Positions 6,717-15,735 are shown, counted from the first letter of the stretch. The stretch is DNA of 27,300 nt from a virus (IMGVR_UViG_3300020374_000029:1-27300), one strand, 5' to 3'. Made by a program: numbers and translations. Notes: a model not told the origin generated them from the letters alone.

Positions 6717-7738
6717 AGTCTTGTGTATATCTCTACTAGTACGTTGTTGTCAAAAGTTTCAGACTCCAGTTTTTTCAACTGTTCGATCACAATTTGATCC
6801 ACTGACTGAAACTTGATTTCGCCTGCAAATTCTATTTCATCCTCAGCATCTTTCTGTGGTAGAAGTGCCAGCTCTCTGAGTTGATATGATTCTGTGAGAT
6901 TCTCACGAATATAGTTGGCTTCTTCATATGAAATATCTAGGTCCACTTTCACTCTACAATATGTGTTGGCCTGCAATACTGTTTCTGTGTCTGCCAGCAG
7001 TTTGCTCAATTCAATAGTTCTGTATCTTGGAGCATCTGGCCAAACTTTGTACACAGGATCTTGCCCCCATTCCAGCAACATACATCCACGATTGTCATCC
7101 CAGGCGTCAGCATAGTTGTGAGGGAAGGCATTACCTATGTATGAAATGTTTCCTGAATGCTGACGCTTGTGGAAGTGACCCGTGAACACATGGCCCACGT
7201 TCTTGAAATGATCTGCCTGTATTGTTCCTGTGTCTGGCATCTCAACCATGGCGTTCATTTTGAAGTTGGGCAGTTCAAAGTGTCCAAACATATATTTGGC
7301 TTTGATTTTTTTTATTTTTTTCCACTCATCTTCAACCATCCAAGGTACTATGGCTACATCACCTTCAAGAAATAGATCGTTGATAACCTGTACGTTTTCA
7401 AATTCATCTGCAAAAGGCACAGATGATATTTCACGTTTGTCTCTGTAAAAGAGATCATGATTACCAACTATAAAATAAACTTTTTCAAATGCTTTAGATA
7501 TTCTACGAATATTACTCATAGAATAGTTCAATGTTGACACATTGATTGATGATCTGTGATGATGCCAATCACCTAAAAATATACATTGCTTGGCACCAAA
7601 CTCTTTGGCTTGATCAATAAACCAGTGAATATATGCTTCACAGTCATTGTTGTGTTGACGTGAATTGTTCTTCATGCCAAAATGAATATCAGTGAAACAA
7701 GCTACTTTGTCGAATAACTTACTTTTTTCTTTTTGCAT
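6713..7738 (-). CDS. gp47: Recombination endonuclease nuclease subunit, T4 gp47 / SbcD / Mre11-like
   Basis: Metallophosphoesterase motifs DIHFG, GDWHH, GNHD, GHF, GHFH; ATGA overlap with gp46. Confidence 0.95.
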   Translation of the reverse strand: MQKEKSKLFDKVACFTDIHFGMKNNSRQHNNDCEAYIHWFIDQAKEFGAKQCIFLGDWHHHRSSINVSTLNYSMSNIRRISKAFEKVYFIVGNHDLFYRDKREISSVPFADEFENVQVINDLFLEGDVAIVPWMVEDEWKKIKKIKAKYMFGHFELPNFKMNAMVEMPDTGTIQADHFKNVGHVFTGHFHKRQHSGNISYIGNAFPHNYADAWDDNRGCMLLEWGQDPVYKVWPDAPRYRTIELSKLLADTETVLQANTYCRVKVDLDISYEEANYIRENLTESYQLRELALLPQKDAEDEIEFAGEIKFQSVDQIVIEQLKKLESETFDNNVLVEIYTRL

Positions 7739-8558
7739 GACCTAAAATCTGTTCTCCGTGTTTTGCTTTTTGTTTTTCTTCATGCTCAATCTGTCTTGTG
7801 AAAGATGGAGTCTGCCCAGCTTCTTGTAAAAGATCATCTCTTAGACTTTGATGTTTCTTTTCCATGTTCAATACTCTGGTAAAAGAATTGGTTATTGCCG
7901 CAGTATAATATGCAAATGGATTATCAGACTTGGATTCATCAAACTGTAAACCAATCATACTCAATTGCAATAGTGCTTGTGATTGCATTTCATCATTGTA
8001 AGTGTACCCACGCCAGTTAGATCTTGTACCATATCTTTGACACAGTTTCATATACATATGACCTAGCTTGGGAGTTATTGATCCATGATCCAAACTAAAT
8101 TGATTGTGTGATGCATAATGGCTTTTGCCAACTTCTACTAATTCTTTCTTTTCATAATTTTTAAATTTATAATGTTTGAAAGGAACAAAATTTAATTTCA
8201 CTTTGGTATCTGCAATAGTTTTGTGATTGCTTTTTCTATCTAGATCATCTGGAATATGATCAAATGTTTTAACTCTAAAAATCAAGTCCTCAATTGGAAT
8301 TGATTTTGGATCAATGGCGTGTTCATCCATTGTAGTTTTTTTAACTTTTAATCCCAATGCTTCAATTTTTTGTTCTGACAGTCTTTTTGCTCTAACGAGT
8401 CTAGCTTCTTTTATTGTATTTCTGTTAATTTTTTTAACTTCGTCCAATATCAAATCAAATTGATGATATTCTGGTTTTTCATAGTAGCAGTAAGACGTTT
8501 TACTTTTATGGATTTCTGCTAATAAATCCTTGTTATTTAAATATTTTGTTCTAGCCAT
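7719..8558 (-). CDS. gp55: Late-transcription sigma factor, T4 gp55-like
   Basis: YLNNKDLLAEI, NWRGYTYNDEM, FDESKSDNPFAYYT-ITNSF motifs; T4-like 55-47-46 gene order. Confidence 0.88.
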   Translation of the reverse strand: MARTKYLNNKDLLAEIHKSKTSYCYYEKPEYHQFDLILDEVKKINRNTIKEARLVRAKRLSEQKIEALGLKVKKTTMDEHAIDPKSIPIEDLIFRVKTFDHIPDDLDRKSNHKTIADTKVKLNFVPFKHYKFKNYEKKELVEVGKSHYASHNQFSLDHGSITPKLGHMYMKLCQRYGTRSNWRGYTYNDEMQSQALLQLSMIGLQFDESKSDNPFAYYTAAITNSFTRVLNMEKKHQSLRDDLLQEAGQTPSFTRQIEHEEKQKAKHGEQILGHAKRKK

Positions 8559-8594
8559 ACGTAGATTAATCCTTACATTTCATACACAACTAAC

Positions 8595-8624
8595 AATATA
8601 CACTAAAACAAGGGTGTATGTCAA
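8595..8624 (-). promoter_or_regulatory. sigma70 promoter for the gp55-gp47-gp46 operon
   Basis: TTGACA-N18-TATATT on the minus strand; AAGGA RBS before ATG 8558. Confidence 0.65.
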
Positions 8625-8641
8625 GTCTTTAAAATACCAGT

Positions 8642-8659
8642 TAATGATGACAATAAATA
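8642..8659 (+). promoter_or_regulatory. Late promoter TAAT-N8-TAAATA for the baseplate operon
   Basis: agttaat-gatgacaa-taaataatattaa, ending shortly before ATG 8681. Confidence 0.65.
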
Positions 8660-8680
8660 ATATTAACAGGTATTATTAAA

Positions 8681-9373
8681 ATGGCAAATTCAGATTACAG
8701 AGTAAAATTACGAGCTAAACCAGGGGCTAAAGATTTGGTATATCCAAAAACTTCAGACCTCATGAGACCTATTGCTAATACCAATGGATTGATATTTCCC
8801 TACTCTCCAGAAATTCAAGTCAACTTAGGTACTCCTGCTTATAGCTCATACGATATTCCGCATACTAACTATGAATATTTTGCATGGAATAAATCAACCT
8901 CCCCTTCACTCACAGTTAATGGTCAGTTCACAGCCAACACATATGAAGAAGCCAGATACCTGTTGGCTGTGCTGAACTTTTTTAAAATTGTGTGTAGAGG
9001 AGAGTTTGGATTAGACAATAGTGTGAGAGCTGATACTAGAGGTGCTCCTCCACCAACTTTACTCTTTTCTGCATATGGTCCATATATGTTTAAAAATTTA
9101 CCTGTTCTTGTAAGAACTGTTACACTAGGTTTACTAAATGATGTTGATTATGTACCAGCTGGTCCACCAGAAAGTCCAGGTGGAACAACGAGTGTTAAAA
9201 CTGTAGCGGAAGGTCTTGCACAAACTTATGTGCCAGCATCATGTATTATGTTTATCGACTTGGTTGTAGCACCAGATCCTGGCGATGTAAGAGATCATTT
9301 CAGTCTTGAAAGTTTCAGAACTGGAAAATACATCGAAGGACAAAACGCAAACGGATCTAAGAGTTTCTACTAA
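8681..9373 (+). CDS. Baseplate / tail-tube initiator-like protein (gp48/gp54-type)
   Basis: LIFPYSPEI, HTNY, GAPPPTLLFSAYG-FKNLPV motifs typical of contractile-tail tube-initiator proteins; first gene of the baseplate operon. Confidence 0.6.
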   Translation: MANSDYRVKLRAKPGAKDLVYPKTSDLMRPIANTNGLIFPYSPEIQVNLGTPAYSSYDIPHTNYEYFAWNKSTSPSLTVNGQFTANTYEEARYLLAVLNFFKIVCRGEFGLDNSVRADTRGAPPPTLLFSAYGPYMFKNLPVLVRTVTLGLLNDVDYVPAGPPESPGGTTSVKTVAEGLAQTYVPASCIMFIDLVVAPDPGDVRDHFSLESFRTGKYIEGQNANGSKSFY

Positions 9374-9687
9374 TGCCATATAAAAATAATCCATACAACA
9401 AAAAAAGCATATACCGAGATAGTAGAATAGTTGATGACTATCTAGGAGTAGTTGAGAATATTCCTTATGTTCCAATTAGAGATGATGACGAATTTTATGT
9501 TATTCCAGCTGAATATGATAAAAGACCAGACTTGGCCGCATACGCATTTTTTGGTAGTACTAGATTATGGTGGGTATTTGCCAAAAGAAATATAAACATT
9601 TTAGTTGACCCTATAGAAGATTTCGAAGCCGGCACAGAAATAAGAATACCAGATCCGGCAACAATAAAAAATAGATTAGGAAGTTAA
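9373..9687 (+). CDS. Baseplate wedge protein, T4 gp53-like (LysM-like)
   Basis: RPDLAAYAFFGSTRLWWVFAKRN-DPIEDFEAGTEIRIP pattern. Confidence 0.75.
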   Translation: MPYKNNPYNKKSIYRDSRIVDDYLGVVENIPYVPIRDDDEFYVIPAEYDKRPDLAAYAFFGSTRLWWVFAKRNINILVDPIEDFEAGTEIRIPDPATIKNRLGS

Positions 9688-9688
9688 T

Positions 9689-12511
9689 ATGGCGGAATTT
9701 ATTCCTCATGATGATCCCAGAAGGAAAGTCGTTGTTCCAGATGAAACTAAATCAGGTGGAGACAACACACCTCAAGTTTATCAAAAAACAAGTATAGATA
9801 ATGAAACTAGACCTGTAACAGGTATAACTAATCAATCAACGGTTGGAGAATCTGATGCAGTATTGGCAGATGAAGATCAAAATGCAGAAGTCAGCGAAAG
9901 AGAAAAAGATATTGAAAAACAAAAAGATGATTTAATAGTTGATGTTTATCCATACTGGGATAAAAATCCTTTAGATCAATATTCTAAACCAACATATCAT
10001 TTTAGAATGTTCATGACTAGCATTGATGCATCAAAAGAATTTCTTAGAAAAATGGCAGATCAACAAGCCACAGATACTAATGAAAGAGTTGGTGAAAGAG
10101 AATTGGAATCCTTGTCTTTTGCAGAAAACAGTTTTGTATTTGATGACAGTGGCGGAGAGCCAAATGCAAAAATTATTGCGGAAACTGCCTCGTCAGTTAT
10201 CTCAATTACAGATGTACAAATGGAAAGTATTGTTGCTCCAACAAGAAACGATCCATCAACAACATTAAACTTTGAAATTGAATTAACAGAACCACAAGGT
10301 GTTACAATTTTAGAACAAATGTGGAAGGCGGCTTATATATTAGGGCTTGATAATTTTTATGACTCACCTGTATTTTTAGAATTATGGATGATTGGTGCAA
10401 AGAAAGGCGGCGAAGATGCTGGAGTACCAACAAGAATACCACACACTAATAGATTGTGGGCTTTAAAGTTTAATAAGTTTTCATATGAAGTAACTGAAAG
10501 AGGTTCAGTAACAAAATGTTCCGCGGCACCATATGGCGAACAGGCTAAAGAATCAGGTATTGTTAATATACCAAAAAATATTAAACTTTCAGGTATTGAT
10601 ACTTTACAAAATTTTTGTGATAGATTTTCATTTGAACTAAATGAATTAGAACTAGATAGATTAGCAGTTGATAAATTTCAAACTGATTCTTTTGAAATCA
10701 GAATTGATGAAGCAATCAAAAATTTAAAGTCTGCTCAGTTAAAAGGTGAAACATTAGATATACATAGAAAAATGTTTAGCGATGATGCTAGAACTACAGA
10801 CAATCCAGAGCAAGATCAAAAGTCAACAGCACAGGCACAGCTAAAATCAGCTGAAGGAACACAATCAATATACATTTATAAAGGACAAACAGTACAGCAA
10901 ACAATACTAGATGTACTAGCATCAACAGACTACTGTCAAAATCTTGTTGTTAAGGCAAAAGGTGCTCAATCTGATTCTACTGATGCTGATGCATTAACTG
11001 AAAAAAATATTATGAAACAGTTATTAAGTACAGTCTTTACTATAAATGTAGATGTTATACCAGGAGATTTTGATGTAATCAGAAACACGTATGCTAAAAC
11101 ATACATTTACACAATTACACCATACAATACATTTAAACCTAGAAATGATACCAGTGATATTACACAAGAAGAAATGTTAAAAATTTTACAAGAACAATTA
11201 AAGCCGGCTGAAAAGGCAGGAGATAAACTTAGAGGCAATAAAGTAAGAGGATTATGTAAAATTTACGATTACATTTATACTGGTGTTAATGACAAAGTTA
11301 TGGATTTTAATATTGAATATAATAATCAGTACTTCATGCCAACTGAAGCTCTTAAAGGTGTGTTTAGATCTATCAAAGGTTCTGTTATGCACAAATCATG
11401 GGAAGCTGATTACAAACTTTTAAAATCTTACAAAGAAAAACAAAGTGCATTAAAAGAACTATTTAGAAGTTACAAAGCAAGTTATACAAAAATGAAATCT
11501 TTTCCACCCGGCAGTGAAGAATATAAAGCATTACAAGAAACTGTAAAACAACAAGAAGCCGAAGTTAAAAAACAAAGACTAGCTTTAAAAAATGAATATT
11601 TAAAAACTGTAGGTTCCGATTCAGATGAAGCAAAAAGATTAGTAGGTGCAGACCAAGAATTACAAAATTATTTAAATGAACAAACTGATGGAACTGGTGT
11701 TGGCGGCGAAGATTTATCAGGTCAAACACAACAACAAAGAGCTGATAAAGTCTATGGTTCAGGCAATCCAAGATTAGGTGGTGCAAAACAACAACTTCCA
11801 TCGTCATATATTGGTAATGCAAAAGCATACATTGAACAAATACCATTAAGTGAACTTAAAACAGCTTTTGAAAAAGAAAACACCATGACAAGAATACCAA
11901 TGGCGGCGGCATCTTACTTTCAAAACGAAGCTGATGCTGACGAATCTCCAGAATCAAAGGTTGGTAAACTTGATCCTAACTCAGCTCAAAGTGTTTTAGG
12001 ATTTATAAATTTTAAAGCGGCAGAAACACAGGCATTTATTCTTCAAGTTGAAGAAATGGTACAAGCATCTATGACAATACGTGGAGATCCTTTTTGGATT
12101 ATGCCTTCTGACAAATATTACAATCCAGATACAACCCACGCAATGAATCCTTATTGTAATACGTCAGAAATTGTATTTAATTTTTACAATCCTGTAAGAA
12201 AAGATGCAGATACTGGACTTACAACACAAACTTTAATTGATGATAATGGTAAATTAATAGCAAGAGATGATTTTACAAGTTCGTTGTATCAAGTTACTAG
12301 AATAAATCATTCATTTAGTGGAGGATTGTTTACACAACAATTACAAATGATACGTTCAACAAGAGTATTTTTTGATAGGCTAGGAGTTGACTTTAGAAAT
12401 CCTGCATCCGGAAAAGCACAAATAACCAGAGGTGTAGTAGATTCAATAACAGGAACAGTAAGTAAATCACCGGGCGGTGCTGGCGGTACACAACCAGTCG
12501 GAGGAGTATAA
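9689..12511 (+). CDS. Large baseplate hub protein (gp27-like)
   Basis: 940 aa between the gp53-like and gp5-like genes; C-terminal MTIRGDPFW and YQVTRINHSFSGGLFTQQL hub motifs; central coiled-coil insertion. Confidence 0.6.
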   Translation: MAEFIPHDDPRRKVVVPDETKSGGDNTPQVYQKTSIDNETRPVTGITNQSTVGESDAVLADEDQNAEVSEREKDIEKQKDDLIVDVYPYWDKNPLDQYSKPTYHFRMFMTSIDASKEFLRKMADQQATDTNERVGERELESLSFAENSFVFDDSGGEPNAKIIAETASSVISITDVQMESIVAPTRNDPSTTLNFEIELTEPQGVTILEQMWKAAYILGLDNFYDSPVFLELWMIGAKKGGEDAGVPTRIPHTNRLWALKFNKFSYEVTERGSVTKCSAAPYGEQAKESGIVNIPKNIKLSGIDTLQNFCDRFSFELNELELDRLAVDKFQTDSFEIRIDEAIKNLKSAQLKGETLDIHRKMFSDDARTTDNPEQDQKSTAQAQLKSAEGTQSIYIYKGQTVQQTILDVLASTDYCQNLVVKAKGAQSDSTDADALTEKNIMKQLLSTVFTINVDVIPGDFDVIRNTYAKTYIYTITPYNTFKPRNDTSDITQEEMLKILQEQLKPAEKAGDKLRGNKVRGLCKIYDYIYTGVNDKVMDFNIEYNNQYFMPTEALKGVFRSIKGSVMHKSWEADYKLLKSYKEKQSALKELFRSYKASYTKMKSFPPGSEEYKALQETVKQQEAEVKKQRLALKNEYLKTVGSDSDEAKRLVGADQELQNYLNEQTDGTGVGGEDLSGQTQQQRADKVYGSGNPRLGGAKQQLPSSYIGNAKAYIEQIPLSELKTAFEKENTMTRIPMAAASYFQNEADADESPESKVGKLDPNSAQSVLGFINFKAAETQAFILQVEEMVQASMTIRGDPFWIMPSDKYYNPDTTHAMNPYCNTSEIVFNFYNPVRKDADTGLTTQTLIDDNGKLIARDDFTSSLYQVTRINHSFSGGLFTQQLQMIRSTRVFFDRLGVDFRNPASGKAQITRGVVDSITGTVSKSPGGAGGTQPVGGV

Positions 12512-12515
12512 TAAT

Positions 12516-14015
12516 ATGTCATTCACAACAACTAAAAAAAGTGCATTTAAAACACCATTAGGAAAAACATACGAAGACCAAATGAAGAGCAATCGTAAGA
12601 GTGCTTCTAACTTAACTGGCATTCATCTTGGTAGAGTTATGGAAATTTCTGATTATGCGGCCAAGATGGGTTATATGTTGGTCAACGTAGAAGGTCAGTC
12701 TGCATCAGATCCAAATAATAGAAACAACTGGATACCTGTAGCATGGACTTCTCCATTTGCAGGTGCAACAAATGTAAATGAAAACACAAAAGACAATATT
12801 AGCTCACAAAGTACACAAACTTCTTATGGAATGTGGATGCAACCACCAGACGTAGGCAACATGATACTAGTTGGTTTTGCAAGTGGTATGGCTTATTGTT
12901 TAGGTTGTGTATTTCATGAATATGCTAACCACATGATACCAGGTATTGCGGCTGGAAAAGTTTCTTATAGAGATGAACCTGATAAAAATATTAAAGATCA
13001 GTTTGTTCCAACAACTGAATATAATAAAAAAGATTCTACGTCAGTTAATTCTATGGATTTTGCAGAAAATCCATTTAGAGATAAAAATGCAAATATTGAA
13101 AATACCATGACAAATGAATTTGCTGTAGCTGAAACTAAATCCATGGACAATGTTGATAGGGCAGAACACCCATTCTACGAAAGACTACTTGAACAAGGTC
13201 TAGAAAAAGATACAAAAAGAGGTTTAACAGATTCAACAGTAAGAAGAGAATCTCCATCAAAAGTTTTTGGTATACTTACACCAGGCGGTCATCAATTTGT
13301 AATGGATGATGCAGGTTACCAACCTAAGATAAGATTTAGAACTGCCGGCGGTGCTCAAGTATTGTTAGACGATGCAAATGGAATTGTTTATGTTAATAAT
13401 AAAAAAGGAACAGCATGGGTTGAACTAGGTGCAGATGGTGATGTACAAGTTTTTGGTGCAAAATCAATTTCTATGAGAGCTGAAGAAGATTTCAACATTA
13501 GAGCAGATAGAGATATCAATATTGAAGCGGGTAGACACGTGAAAATTAAAACAAATAGTGTGACAGATACAACACAACCAAAAACAACACAAGATGTTGC
13601 GGCACTAGAAACAACTGATGTTGGTTATGATCCAATAACAGATGGTAATCTTCATATTGAAACAGCAGGTGATGTAAAAATTAAAGCTGGTTCAAGTATA
13701 AATGCAAGTGCATTTCAAAGTACAACAATTTACAGTAATCTAAATAATACATTTACAGCAATTGGTACTAATTCATTCTCTTCTGCTTTCCATTTAGAAA
13801 CAGCAGGACAAATACACATGAATGGTCCAATAGCAACTGTGGCTTTACCTGTTGGCGGAATAGAACATCCATGGACAGATGAAGATATATCAAAATATAT
13901 TAATGTTCAGCAAGATAGAGTAGCTGAAACGCCACGAAATTCATCAAGAAAAACAACAGAAACCAAATCGATAGTTACAAAATACCCAACTAGAGAGCCA
14001 TACCCAGGGCATTAA
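12516..14015 (+). CDS. Baseplate central spike, gp5/VgrG-like (OB-fold plus beta-helix; no lysozyme domain seen)
   Basis: SYGMWMQPPDVGNMILVGF OB-fold motif, RRESPSKVFGILTPG, beta-helix repeats. Start moved to ATG 12516 (GGAGGAG at 12500-12506). Confidence 0.8.
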   Translation: MSFTTTKKSAFKTPLGKTYEDQMKSNRKSASNLTGIHLGRVMEISDYAAKMGYMLVNVEGQSASDPNNRNNWIPVAWTSPFAGATNVNENTKDNISSQSTQTSYGMWMQPPDVGNMILVGFASGMAYCLGCVFHEYANHMIPGIAAGKVSYRDEPDKNIKDQFVPTTEYNKKDSTSVNSMDFAENPFRDKNANIENTMTNEFAVAETKSMDNVDRAEHPFYERLLEQGLEKDTKRGLTDSTVRRESPSKVFGILTPGGHQFVMDDAGYQPKIRFRTAGGAQVLLDDANGIVYVNNKKGTAWVELGADGDVQVFGAKSISMRAEEDFNIRADRDINIEAGRHVKIKTNSVTDTTQPKTTQDVAALETTDVGYDPITDGNLHIETAGDVKIKAGSSINASAFQSTTIYSNLNNTFTAIGTNSFSSAFHLETAGQIHMNGPIATVALPVGGIEHPWTDEDISKYINVQQDRVAETPRNSSRKTTETKSIVTKYPTREPYPGH

Positions 14016-14079
14016 AGTACTAAATATTCTTTATTGTTAAACTGAAATATAGTTTAATCATTAGCAAAGGAGAATTGTA

Positions 14080-14205
14080 ATGTTTGGAATTGACAAAAAA
14101 TGGATTTTACTTGCAGTAGTAGTAATCGCAGTAGGCGGTTGGTTTGCATGGGATCATTATACAAAAGTCCCTACAGAAGTACCAGCAGTTGAAAAAACAA
14201 ATTAA
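14080..14205 (+). CDS. 41-aa single-pass membrane protein MFGIDKKWILLAVVVIAVGGWFAWDHYTKVPTEVPAVEKTN
   Basis: Strong RBS AAAGGAG (14066-14072), TAAATA at 14021-14026, one hydrophobic helix; below the ORF-track cutoff. Confidence 0.75.
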   Translation: MFGIDKKWILLAVVVIAVGGWFAWDHYTKVPTEVPAVEKTN

Positions 14206-14215
14206 TACGATAAGT

Positions 14216-14284
14216 TATAAATAAACTTATTAAAGTTTCCTCCACAAAAAAAGCCCGGTGCGTGTAATACATCCGGGCTTTTTT
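14216..14284 (+). ncRNA. Candidate late small RNA (TATAAATA promoter to intrinsic terminator, ~55 nt) with an anti-SD seed
   Basis: TATAAATA at 14216-14223, then AAAGUUUCCUCC, then the terminator hairpin; no ORF in between. Confidence 0.4.
14246..14284. terminator. Bidirectional intrinsic terminator
   Basis: A7-GCCCGG-N14-CCGGGC-T6 between convergent transcription units. Confidence 0.9.
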
Positions 14285-14324
14285 ATTTTTAAAGCTATAA
14301 ACTTTGTTATAGGCCTATAACAAA

Positions 14325-14570
14325 TTAGGCTACGTTTGAAAGTTTAGTTCTCATTACTTGATACTTCACTGGCCATCTGCCTCTTTGAGTCATTTTTGGC
14401 TTGAAAACAAGACTTCTTACGTCATAGTTTTGTTCTCTTAACTCAAAGATTCTCGCATATGGAGAAAGAATTTTGTACCTTGATACTAATTCTTTCGCTG
14501 TCACAGTTTTACCAGTACCTTTGTAGTAATGAAGAATTTTCTGCTTCTGTGTCATTTTAGTTTTTGACAT
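14325..14570 (-). CDS. Small winged helix-turn-helix DNA-binding protein (81 aa)
   Basis: TQKQKILHYYK-TVTAKEL-ARIFELREQNYDV pattern; RBS GAGG before ATG 14570. An in-frame ATG at 14642 near the predicted +1 is an alternative start. Confidence 0.7.
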   Translation of the reverse strand: MSKTKMTQKQKILHYYKGTGKTVTAKELVSRYKILSPYARIFELREQNYDVRSLVFKPKMTQRGRWPVKYQVMRTKLSNVA

Positions 14571-14648
14571 TGTAGTTTCCTCTTTCTTTAAAGTCTGTGT
14601 AGAACTATTTCTACGCAACATCTTTATTAATGTTTCAATCATACTCTT

Positions 14649-14677
14649 AATATACAACTAATAGTTGGTTTTGTCAA
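14649..14677 (-). promoter_or_regulatory. sigma70 promoter for the HTH gene, with a palindrome in the spacer
   Basis: TTGACA-N17-TATATT; the spacer holds CAACTA-A-TAGTTG (14655-14667). Confidence 0.75.
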
Positions 14678-14693
14678 TTTTAAATTTACCAAT

Positions 14694-15131
14694 TTATTGT
14701 TTTGCATATTTTTTAAGGTATGTTGTGTTGTCAATCCATTTTCCATCATGCATAAATCCCCAGTCTTTCCGCTTTTGGCCCATGAAAAATAAACTCCAAC
14801 AAGGAATTTCATTTCCATCTTTGTCTTTGGCTAATTCTAACCAATGTAGGTCTTCAGCTTTTCTAAATCTTAATGATCCAGGACCTCTCCAAAATCTGCC
14901 TTCCGGCGTATTTTCCCAATATCCACCTTTAAGTATAAATGCTCCCCAGTTCCATGGATGATCATGAAGCTTTGGTTCATCGCTTACCAATACTTTGTGT
15001 AGTGTAAAATTGAATGGAAAGTCTTTCCTGTCTTTCAAGAAGACATAGTACCTAATCAGATATGGTATTGCACCGCTTCTGTCGGTAATTACTCGTTTTC
15101 TACCCAAATTTTCAAGTAGCTTTAACAACAT
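14694..15131 (-). CDS. Cupin-fold metal-binding protein
   Basis: LHDHPWNW-ILKGGYWE-GPGS-LHWLEL cupin His motifs. Confidence 0.7.
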   Translation of the reverse strand: MLLKLLENLGRKRVITDRSGAIPYLIRYYVFLKDRKDFPFNFTLHKVLVSDEPKLHDHPWNWGAFILKGGYWENTPEGRFWRGPGSLRFRKAEDLHWLELAKDKDGNEIPCWSLFFMGQKRKDWGFMHDGKWIDNTTYLKKYAKQ

Positions 15132-15138
15132 AAGTCAC

Positions 15139-15167
15139 ATTGTATTACACAACTTGTGATATGTCAA
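15139..15167 (-). promoter_or_regulatory. sigma70 promoter giving a leaderless cupin mRNA
   Basis: TTGACA-N17-TACAAT, with ATG 7 nt after the -10 box; spacer palindrome CACAA-C-TTGTG (15148-15158). Confidence 0.75.
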
Positions 15168-15174
15168 CCGAATT

Positions 15175-15735
15175 CTATAAAATATGATCTACTAATTTAA
15201 ATTCAACCAACTGTTTGGCTGTAAGATATTGATCAGATGGGTTATTGAATTTTTTTCGTACATCTGTCAAGCTATAACCTGAGGCATCTCTTAATATTTG
15301 CATACATCTTTGCTCACAGTTATTGTTTTCTTTCATTTGTGCTCTCATGTCATGCATTTTAGCATCAATGCTATCACTATGTTGATGATTCATTATACCA
15401 GTGTTTTTACCAATGTATCTTTCACCATGTTTTCCACTAGCCAATATCAAAACACCGGCACTCATTACAGCACCAATTCCAATAGTTGAAATATGATGGT
15501 AACTGTTCTTCATGATATCAACAAGTGCAAACGTTTCGTACAAATCACCGCCTGTTGTGTTTACATATAGCTTTAATGTACGTTTTGGCTTCTTAGATAA
15601 GTTTGATGATAATATCCACTTGATACATTTACTGATATTTTCTTCTGATATTTCACCATTAAGATAAAAGATATCATTATCCTGCAGACTTATGTCTACT
15701 CTATCGTCTGCTGTATATTGTTCGTATTTTTTCAT
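15175..15735 (-). CDS. clpP: ClpP-family protease subunit
   Basis: LYVNTTGG, GAVMSAG (catalytic Ser), IMNHQ (His), DQYLTA (Asp). Start set at ATG 15735, downstream of TATAAATA. Confidence 0.88.
   Translation of the reverse strand: MKKYEQYTADDRVDISLQDNDIFYLNGEISEENISKCIKWILSSNLSKKPKRTLKLYVNTTGGDLYETFALVDIMKNSYHHISTIGIGAVMSAGVLILASGKHGERYIGKNTGIMNHQHSDSIDAKMHDMRAQMKENNNCEQRCMQILRDASGYSLTDVRKKFNNPSDQYLTAKQLVEFKLVDHIL

Noticed and set aside
4879-7448. Plus-strand short ORFs over gp46/gp47
   Set aside because: Antisense shadows; their higher density here is explained by the raised GC, which gives fewer stop codons.
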